From: an uncultured archaeon | GTDB taxonomy: Archaea; Iainarchaeota; Iainarchaeia; Iainarchaeales; Iainarchaeaceae | Assembly (NCBI GenBank): GCA_964577555.1 | Contig: CAZNZM010000001.1 | Coordinates: forward strand, 125,842-157,841 | Length of the DNA stretch: 32,000 nucleotides | Direction of reading: 5' to 3' | Shown here: one piece after another, positions 10,264 through 17,055 of the stretch | Position numbering within the stretch: position 1 is the first letter of the stretch | Layout: the number at the start of each line of letters is the position of its first letter | Position numbers and translations under genes: made by a program | Notes under the pieces: generated by a model | Seen by the model: only the letters and a program-made list of their open reading frames with translations | Database searches by the model: none | What the model was told of the DNA's origin: nothing

Positions 10264-10769
10264 TGAAAGAAAAAGAAGAAATAATTGACATAATAAATGA
10301 AAACGACCAAACAATAGGTTTTGCAACCCGCTCAGAAGTAAAACAAAAAAAACTGCTTTACAGGTGTGCCGGAATATACCTCGAAAGAAACGGAAAAATA
10401 GCACTCGAAAAAAGAAGCATGAAAAAAGAAATAAGACCTGGAAATTGGAGCATTGTTGAAGAAACCGTAAAAAGCGGGGAAACATTCGAACAAGCAGCAA
10501 TAAGAGGATTAAAAGAAGAACTAGGCCTGAAAGCAATAAACCTAAAATTCGTAGGAAAAAAAATAATTGAAGACATGAAATACCCTGACAAATTCATGCT
10601 GGGTATTTTCAAATGCAATGCAAAAGGAAATTTGAAGTTGCAAAAAGAAGAAGTTGAAAAGGCAAGATTCTTGACGCTAAAACAAGTTGAAGCAATGATA
10701 AGAAATGGAAAAAACATAAGCCCATCACTAACAGAAACATTTAACATATACATAAAAAGCAAAAGTTGA
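10263..10769 (+). CDS. Nudix hydrolase, IDI-like (COG1443-like) architecture
   Basis: Nudix box GETFEQAAIRGLKEELGL. Upstream PGNWS element resembles the PGxW of IDI-type Nudix proteins, but no Cys/His catalytic pair is present. 1-nt overlap with the decarboxylase stop. Confidence 0.7.
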   Translation: MKEKEEIIDIINENDQTIGFATRSEVKQKKLLYRCAGIYLERNGKIALEKRSMKKEIRPGNWSIVEETVKSGETFEQAAIRGLKEELGLKAINLKFVGKKIIEDMKYPDKFMLGIFKCNAKGNLKLQKEEVEKARFLTLKQVEAMIRNGKNISPSLTETFNIYIKSKS

Positions 10770-10774
10770 TTGAA

Positions 10775-11587
10775 ATGAAAAATGAAAAAAATTTGTATAT
10801 AATAAAACTTGGCGGCTCGGTAATAACTGAAAAAAAAACAGGCAAATTCATAATAAAAAAGGAAAAAATTGCGAAAATTGCAAAAGAAATAAAAAAAGCC
10901 CAAAAAAAGAAAAAATTCCAATTAATAATAGTACACGGAGCAGGCCCTTTCGGGCATAAAATAGTTTCAGAATATGGAATCTCAAACGGAGTAAAAACTA
11001 AAAAACAATTTGAAGGATTCAAAAAAACAAAAGAATCAATGAGGCGACTATGTAAGCAAATAATCAAAATACTGAAAAAAAACGGAATAAAAGCAACTCC
11101 GGCGCAAGACAAAGCAAACATAATTCAACATAACAAGAAAATTGTTAAACTGAATCTTGAAGGAATAAAAAAAATCTTGAAAACGGAAAAAGTCCCCATA
11201 CTCCACGGAGACATGGTAAAAGACACTGCAATCGGAGCATCGGTAGTAAGCGGGGACACTATAATTGCAATTCTTGCAAACAAATTAAATGCAACAAAAG
11301 TTTTTTACGGCACTGATGTAAATGGAATATATAACTCAAATCCAAAAAAAAACAAAAAAGCCAAACTCATAAAAGAAATAAACAACAGCAACATAAAAAA
11401 AGTCTTGAAAATGACAACAGGGGCAAACACAATTGATGTAACTGGAGGAATGAAAGGAAAATTAGAAGAAATAAGAAAAAACATAAAAGGCATAGAGTGT
11501 TTTGTATTCAACCTTCAAAATGAAAAAAACATTAATAAACTATTGTTTGGAAAAAAAACCAATTGCACAAAAATAATATTCAACTAA
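10775..11587 (+). CDS. Isopentenyl phosphate kinase (amino-acid-kinase fold)
   Basis: LYIIKLGGSVITEK, IIVHGAGPFGH, SGDTI, GTDVNGIY and VTGGMKGK motifs. The track starts at TTG 10766; ATG 10775 is more likely. Confidence 0.8.
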   Translation: MKNEKNLYIIKLGGSVITEKKTGKFIIKKEKIAKIAKEIKKAQKKKKFQLIIVHGAGPFGHKIVSEYGISNGVKTKKQFEGFKKTKESMRRLCKQIIKILKKNGIKATPAQDKANIIQHNKKIVKLNLEGIKKILKTEKVPILHGDMVKDTAIGASVVSGDTIIAILANKLNATKVFYGTDVNGIYNSNPKKNKKAKLIKEINNSNIKKVLKMTTGANTIDVTGGMKGKLEEIRKNIKGIECFVFNLQNEKNINKLLFGKKTNCTKIIFN

Positions 11588-12298
11588 ATTCAACATAAAC
11601 AAAAAATTGGCTAAAAAAATAAAAAATTAAAAAAAATAAGAAAAACACCTTAAAAAGAACTAAAAAATAAGCATAGGTAGATCGCAAAAAAAAAGAAAAT
11701 TCAATTAAAAAACAAAAAAATAATGTCAAAAAAAACAACACACAAAAACAAAAAAAACAACTTGACAAAAAAAAGAATTCAAAAAAAAAGAAAAATGACA
11801 AAAAAATTGGCTTGCAAAAATAAATCCAAAAAAACACATAAACAACGCCTAAAATGCAAAAAAAGAGCTGAAAAATAAAAACAAAAAATCAATTAAAAAA
11901 AATAAAATTGTCTAAAAAAAGGCTCACAAAAAAAACAACTTTGACAAAAAAAAATACCAAAAAAACGGCTCGCCAAAAAAACAAAATTAAAAAAATGGCT
12001 TGCAAAAAACAAAACAAAAAAAATGACCAACAAAAAAAATACCAAACAAAAAAATAATTCAAAAAAAATAAATAACAAAAAAAACTTGGCTCGCCAAAAA
12101 AACGGATTGAAAAAAAAACCGCAAAAAAATAGCTCACAAAAAAAACAATTAAAAAAAATAAAATCGACTAAAAAATTGGCCAAAAAATAAATTAATAATT
12201 AAAAAAACTAAAACCAAGATTAACAGAAACAAAAAAACAAGAAACAAGACAAAAATTTTAAATTAAAACTTGGCTAGAAAACTCAGAAAATTACAAAT
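11588..12298. repeat. A-rich (on +) low-complexity spacer with repeated TTGGCTYRC cores and conserved blocks shared with 21.5-22.1 kb
   Basis: 711 bp between convergent genes, almost free of T on +. Cores: TTGGCTTGCAAAAA (11808-11820), GGCTCACAAAAAAAAC (about 11921), CGGCTCGCCAAAAAAA (about 11966), ATGGCTTGCAAAAAAC (about 11996), TTGGCTCGCCAAAAAAA (about 12086), AGCTCACAAAAAAAAC (about 12131), TTGGCCAAAAAA (about 12177). All track ORFs here are Phe- or Lys-rich artefacts. Confidence 0.8.
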
Positions 12299-12859
12299 TC
12301 ACAAAAAAAAATTTTTCCCCTGCTCGTCGCTATAAACTATTCTAATTGTCTCCCTAAGCCAAACAGGATAATTTGATGAACCGCCTTGAATATCTTTCAA
12401 AACGGTTTTTGCTGGGATTTTAATTATTTTATTATTAGTATGGCTTGCAGAAGGAATTATTTTGCCAGAGTATTCCGTAAATGCGGCCAGGCAATATTCA
12501 TTTTCACAAGAACCATCTCCATAATCCTTCTCATAAGAATAACCTCCAAGAATCTTGATTTCAACTTTTTTTATCCCATATTCGTCTTCCAAGCACCTGA
12601 TAGCCGAATCAATGGGCTTCTCACCAGCCAAAACATGGGTTGTCGGCGAATCAAATACGCCACCGCCAACTTTATTACGAGGTCTTTCATGAAGAACAAG
12701 TTCTTTTTTGTCATTAAAAACAAGAACTTGAATTGCCAAATGCTTTACACCGGGCGAAGTATGTCCAGAACGCCTATCAATAATTTTTCCAGTAACCTTG
12801 CCAAATTCATCAACACAAACAAGCAACTGGTTTGGGTTATCCAAAAGACCGTGGGACAT
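12299..12859 (-). CDS. idi: Isopentenyl-diphosphate delta-isomerase type 1-like (Nudix superfamily)
   Basis: By-eye alignment to E. coli Idi: H-x7-H (GHTSPGVKHLA vs AHTADTRLHLA), THVLAGE vs GHPQLGE, AIRCLEDEYGI vs VIRRCRYELGV, ENEYCLAAF vs ENEVCPVFA. Confidence 0.65.
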   Translation of the reverse strand: MSHGLLDNPNQLLVCVDEFGKVTGKIIDRRSGHTSPGVKHLAIQVLVFNDKKELVLHERPRNKVGGGVFDSPTTHVLAGEKPIDSAIRCLEDEYGIKKVEIKILGGYSYEKDYGDGSCENEYCLAAFTEYSGKIIPSASHTNNKIIKIPAKTVLKDIQGGSSNYPVWLRETIRIVYSDEQGKNFFL

Positions 12860-12945
12860 TCAAAAGTAAAAAAACAAAAGAAAAATAAAGGTTAAGTATT
12901 GGAATTTTGCAAACCAAAGTCAATATAAAATACTTAAACTGGCCA

Positions 12946-13416
12946 TCAAGAATATTTCTTTCTTAATTCCATAAGGCAATTTTTGATCAGATCCAAAGAC
13001 TCATTAATGTTTTTTGAAACAGAATATTCAAAACCCTTTGAAACATCATCTTTGCCAAACATCGGATTAGTTGAAAATGAAATTCTTTTACCACGCCATT
13101 CCAGCAAGCCAAGATTAAAAAGCCTTGCAAGATGATACCGCAAAGCCTTTTCACCGATTTTTCTTTTTTGAGAAACAAGATAAGAATTCAACTCAGAAAT
13201 TTTTGGAAACTTCTTTTTTGATATTTGAAAATAAAACAAAGCATCAAGAACGTCCAAAACCCCAGACCTTGACTCATTTGGCGAAATAAGACCAGAAGAA
13301 AGCGCAAACCAACGAATCAAAGAACGCTTAGTAAGAGAAACCTCCTGCGGAAAATCCATCTGCCTTATTGTAAAAGAACGCCTCACCAATTCAGCCTCTG
13401 GAAACTCCAAAGCCAT
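12946..13416 (-). CDS. Hypothetical protein, probable winged-helix DNA-binding domain
   Basis: 156 aa. ALRYHLARLFNLGLLEWRGKRISF resembles a recognition helix plus wing. Divergent from the 13594 gene across a repeat-bearing spacer. Confidence 0.45.
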   Translation of the reverse strand: MALEFPEAELVRRSFTIRQMDFPQEVSLTKRSLIRWFALSSGLISPNESRSGVLDVLDALFYFQISKKKFPKISELNSYLVSQKRKIGEKALRYHLARLFNLGLLEWRGKRISFSTNPMFGKDDVSKGFEYSVSKNINESLDLIKNCLMELRKKYS

Positions 13417-13593
13417 ACAAAAACATCTCCAAAATAATACTAAAATAATATTAGAAATTCTTAAATAATATTAGAAAATTTATTAAAAAGATGATAATTC
13501 GTCAAAAAACGAATAAAAAAATAAATTTACTACATAACAAACTTTAGGTAGGATTTAATAATATAAAAAATGTAAAAATATATTCGGATTAAG

Positions 13594-13950
13594 ATGCTTG
13601 AAATTTCAACACAATTATTTCCATATAGGCTCAAAATGGAAACCCGCCAACCAATAGAACTTAAAGTCACAATAAAAAACAACAGCAGAGAACCGGCTTT
13701 AGTTTCCTATGATATTGCAACAGAAAAAACCCTGGCTTTGGACAAAGGCGGATACAAGTCAACTGAAAATGTAAAAGTCGGAGTTATTGCACCGGGAGCA
13801 AGCATTTCTGGAAGGTTTGAAGTTTTTGCCAAACATCTTGCAAAAATCGGGCTTCATAAAATTTATATAAGGGCGACAGAGCATTACAATAACTACAACC
13901 TAGTGAAAAATGAATATAGAAAGGAAATAGAAGTTCTGGTTGATAAATAA
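13594..13950 (+). CDS. Hypothetical protein, 118 aa, beta-sandwich-like sequence pattern
   Basis: Clean ORF with alternating-residue pattern (IELKVTIKNNSREPALVSYDI...). No family recognised. Confidence 0.45.
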   Translation: MLEISTQLFPYRLKMETRQPIELKVTIKNNSREPALVSYDIATEKTLALDKGGYKSTENVKVGVIAPGASISGRFEVFAKHLAKIGLHKIYIRATEHYNNYNLVKNEYRKEIEVLVDK

Positions 13951-13987
13951 ATTTAAAAAAAATGTTTTTGAATGACTTGGTGTTGGT

Positions 13988-14101
13988 ATGATAAGAATAA
14001 AAACTGAAAAATGCCAGGAATGCGGAGAATTAGTTCAAGTATTCAATATTGCAAATCACAAAAAGAATCATGAATTGGAAAAGAAAAAACAAACAGGATA
14101 A
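13988..14101 (+). CDS. Mini-protein (37 aa) with a C-x2-C-x11-H-x3-H zinc-finger-like motif
   Basis: Hand-translated: MIRIKTEKCQECGELVQVFNIANHKKNHELEKKKQTG*. GGTG lies 5-8 nt upstream. Below the ORF-track length cutoff. Confidence 0.35.
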   Translation: MIRIKTEKCQECGELVQVFNIANHKKNHELEKKKQTG

Positions 14102-14144
14102 TTGCAAATGATTATTCAACCAAAAGAGTTGAGTTCTTACAGTT

Positions 14145-14873
14145 TCAGGGCTTGGCAAACAATTTTCTTAAAGCAGTTGGAATATATCTATCTGGAAGAT
14201 TAAATAAGAGACTAGCCACAAGAGGTTTTGTAATATTTAATGGATAAGCGTTAACCTCTGTGACTAAAGCTCTTTCACCGGGAAGTGTGTTCCTTCTATC
14301 ATAAATTTTTATCTTTACTTCATGCCTCATAAAAAATTTATCCCTTATAGGCCCATGAATTTCGGGGTTTGAAGGAGCATATAAGTATATTTTTGGAGAA
14401 AATAATGACTCTAATATAGCAGTACGATGACTAAATAAAAATCGCAAAATAGCATATGTCTGTGAATGTATTCCAAATTTTTTTTTAAATTCTTGATCCC
14501 TATTTCCAAGCAGTTTAGCCCTTTCAGTTGGGTCTTTACATTGTTCTTCTCCTACTCTTTGCACGCTTCTTATAACTATTATACGCGCCCCATTTAATGA
14601 ACCTTGTGTAAATTCAAGCGCATACATTGTTGGTTGAGAAATAGTATAATCTCCAGGGGATTTCCATTTCAAAATAAAGTAATTATTATGAGATCTGTAT
14701 CCGTCATAATTTGTAAAACCCTTTGTTATTGCTTCTGAAGAATTAGGAATAGCAGCAAAATGTTTTCTAAAACCATGGCTTGCCAACAAGCTTGCTTTTT
14801 CTTTAAGTTGTAAACTATTGAATGATTGGCCCCATAAATTTAAACTATTTTTTTTGCGGATTTGTCGAGGCAT
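14145..14873 (-). CDS. Hypothetical protein, 242 aa
   Basis: Long uninterrupted ORF with no recognisable motifs. Codon choice differs from neighbours (many TTA, AGA, ATA, AAT). Confidence 0.55.
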   Translation of the reverse strand: MPRQIRKKNSLNLWGQSFNSLQLKEKASLLASHGFRKHFAAIPNSSEAITKGFTNYDGYRSHNNYFILKWKSPGDYTISQPTMYALEFTQGSLNGARIIVIRSVQRVGEEQCKDPTERAKLLGNRDQEFKKKFGIHSQTYAILRFLFSHRTAILESLFSPKIYLYAPSNPEIHGPIRDKFFMRHEVKIKIYDRRNTLPGERALVTEVNAYPLNITKPLVASLLFNLPDRYIPTALRKLFAKP

Positions 14874-15251
14874 AAGTTTTCACTTTATTTTTAAAAAAAT
14901 ATATTAATATATATAACATTTATTATACATAACAAATTTTAAACAAACACTTAAAAAATTATTAAATAAAACCCAAAACAATTTGTTGCATTCTATTCAT
15001 TCTATTATACAAGCAAAATTTTAATTTTTCAAAAAATCCCTTCGTAATTTTGACGTATAATATACCTTATACGGCATTATAACATTATATTGTTAATTTT
15101 AAGTCAAAAAAGAATAATATTAAAGGAAGAAAGGGGGTTAAAGCTAAAAAAAATAAAAATTTGGAGAATTTGGGATTAAATTTGGGTTTAAAAATAAAGT
15201 AAAAAAGAGGAATAAAAAGAAGAAAAAAACAATAAAATTATGTATAATGAA

Positions 15252-15623
15252 TTAGATTTTCTTAAATATCCTGGAAAATGGATTTGACATAGCCAATTTA
15301 TATTGCCCTTTTTCTTCAATAAGCTCCCCCATATGGACTAAATATTTAACTACTTCAACTACATCCCTCTCTTCAAAACCGCCAATTTTTGAAATTGAAG
15401 TTATGTCTAAAGAACCATTTTCCATCATCAAAAACTTTATTGAAAAAATAAGATTAGACCAATAAGCCAGCTCCTTTCCAAAATTTTTTTGAAAAAAACG
15501 GGCATCAAACAAAAGCTTTGTCATAAAATCAGTATTAGGATTAATAATAGCTTCCTTCATTTCTGAATTCAGTGCAAAAGCTTTTTGCCAAAGGGAATTC
15601 TCAATTATAGGTTTGGACATCAA
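15252..15623 (-). CDS. Hypothetical protein, probable C-terminal winged helix
   Basis: 123 aa. DVVEVVKYLVHMGELIEEKGQYKL resembles a wHTH recognition helix and wing. Confidence 0.45.
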   Translation of the reverse strand: MMSKPIIENSLWQKAFALNSEMKEAIINPNTDFMTKLLFDARFFQKNFGKELAYWSNLIFSIKFLMMENGSLDITSISKIGGFEERDVVEVVKYLVHMGELIEEKGQYKLAMSNPFSRIFKKI

Positions 15624-15670
15624 TTCAAATTTAAAAAGACAACAATTTTAAAAAAAATAGGTAAAAATAA

Positions 15671-15780
15671 AAGGAACGGGCGCCAAAAAGACTTCCAAAA
15701 AGGAGTTTACTCACAAGCGAGTTACAGCCTGGCCCGTCCTTTTGTTTCGGTTTATCTGCAATGTAACAGATGTTTCACCG
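15671..15780. ncRNA. Structured small RNA candidate, unclassified, strand unresolved
   Basis: GC-enriched island in an AT-rich spacer. AAGGAACGGGC (15671-15681) pairs with GCCCGTCCTT (15732-15741), 10 bp with one bulge, enclosing two short hairpins. A second hairpin is CGGT..ATCTG-CAATGTAA-CAGAT..ACCG (15748-15780). T-runs follow the outer helix on both strands, and TATA-like boxes exist on both sides. The overlapping track ORF 15585..15821 looks spurious. Confidence 0.3.
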
Positions 15781-15878
15781 CAAGGAAAAGGAAATTCCCT
15801 ATTAATATACTTCCTTATTAGCTTTCCAAACAAGAAAACAATATTTTCAACAAGAGCGTTTTAATACAACTCGACAAA

Positions 15879-16850
15879 TTAACCAAAATCCATTTTGCCT
15901 TCCATAAAAAAAGCATCCAACTCTGGCAAAATATCGTTTATACTCTTAGCCAAAGCCATTTTTACCCTCAACTTCTTTGCCAATGGAATACATTTAGTAA
16001 GTCGCATAGCGTTAAGCCTCAAATGTTCAAGTTTAACCATTTCAAACTTTTTACAAAGCTCATAATAATTATAAAATAGCTTCATTTTTTCTTTAGGTGA
16101 AAATTTTGGTTCTTTGCCGGACACAACGTATTTATGTATAAAATCAAATATTAATGGATTTATCATTGCCTGACGCCCAATCATAGCAAAGTCGGCTCCC
16201 GTCCTCTCTAATATTCTGACTGCATTTTCACACGAATTTACATCACCGTTTGCCACAATAGGGACTTCGACAGAGTTCCTTATCTTTGCTATTGCATTCC
16301 AATCAGCAATACCTGAATAACCTTGCACAGCTGTTCTTGCGTGCACTATTATTCCATCAACCCCTGATTTTTCAAGTATTCTGCAAATTTTAATAGATTC
16401 GTCTTTAGCCCAACCTAAACGAATTTTAACAGTTACGGGTTTTGACACCTTGGATTTTATGGCTTTGACAATTGAACCTATTTTTTCAGGTTTTTTGAGC
16501 AAGGCGGCGCCAGCGCCGATGGAAACCTCTTTGTACGAAGGACACCCACAATTTATGTTTATCATTTCAAAATTCGATTCAACAGCCTTGGCTGCAACGG
16601 CAAAATCCCTTTTATCAACGCCAAACAATTGAACTGCAACCGGTTTTTCTTCGTCGCAAGTTTTTATAATGGAAAATTCATTATTGGTAAACGGATCCGG
16701 ATTGCGGGCTATTTGAGTGGCATTTATTTGTTCTGTGAACACCATTCCTGCGCCTTTTTGCACGCAAAGCATTCTAAATGGCAAGTTAGTGACAGCTGCC
16801 ATTGGCGCTAAAAAGTATTTGCTTCTTACTTTAACACCGCAAAAATCCAT
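15879..16850 (-). CDS. tRNA-dihydrouridine synthase (Dus family)
   Basis: FLAPMAAVTNLPFRMLC, NINCGCP, KIRLGW, HARTA and ANGDV motifs. The track start (GTG 16859) overlaps tRNA-Gly, so ATG 16850 (MDFCGVKV...) is preferred. Confidence 0.8.
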   Translation of the reverse strand: MDFCGVKVRSKYFLAPMAAVTNLPFRMLCVQKGAGMVFTEQINATQIARNPDPFTNNEFSIIKTCDEEKPVAVQLFGVDKRDFAVAAKAVESNFEMININCGCPSYKEVSIGAGAALLKKPEKIGSIVKAIKSKVSKPVTVKIRLGWAKDESIKICRILEKSGVDGIIVHARTAVQGYSGIADWNAIAKIRNSVEVPIVANGDVNSCENAVRILERTGADFAMIGRQAMINPLIFDFIHKYVVSGKEPKFSPKEKMKLFYNYYELCKKFEMVKLEHLRLNAMRLTKCIPLAKKLRVKMALAKSINDILPELDAFFMEGKMDFG

Positions 16851-16854
16851 GTTA

Positions 16855-16925
16855 TGCACCCGCCGGGATTTGAACCCGGGCCGAAAGCTTGGGAAGCTTT
16901 AAGGCTACCGCTACCCCACAGGTGC
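16855..16925 (-). tRNA. tRNA-Gly(CCC), no intron
   Basis: Hand-folded cloverleaf: acceptor GCACCTG/CGGGTGC, anticodon arm AAAGC-TTCCCAA-GCTTT, T arm CCGGG-TTCAAAT-CCCGG, discriminator A. 71 nt. Confidence 0.85.
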
Positions 16926-16975
16926 GTTAATTTATTATAAAAAGTAGATTCGGGAAAATTTTAAATTACGCATTC

Positions 16976-17029
16976 AAAAAAAACTTTTGCGATTTATTGG
17001 AGGAGGCCCGAAGCTTTTTTTAGCTTCGG
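16976..17029 (-). terminator. Hairpin plus T-run downstream of the 44-aa ORF
   Basis: 9-bp perfect stem CCCGAAGCT/AGCTTCGGG (17006-17029) with a T6/A6 loop. On the minus strand a T7 run follows at 16976-16982. Confidence 0.45.
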
Positions 17030-17055
17030 GGCAATGAATTTTGAAAGCAGTACTT

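Noticed and set aside
10263-10769. Calling the operon-embedded Nudix protein the pathway IDI
   Set aside because: It lacks the H-x7-H, C/H and E-x-E elements that the 12299-12859 protein retains. It is kept as a generic IDI-like Nudix hydrolase.
15585-15821. 78-aa + strand ORF
   Set aside because: It overlaps the 5' end of the 15252-15623 gene and the structured GC-rich element. It has an alternative start codon and no RBS.
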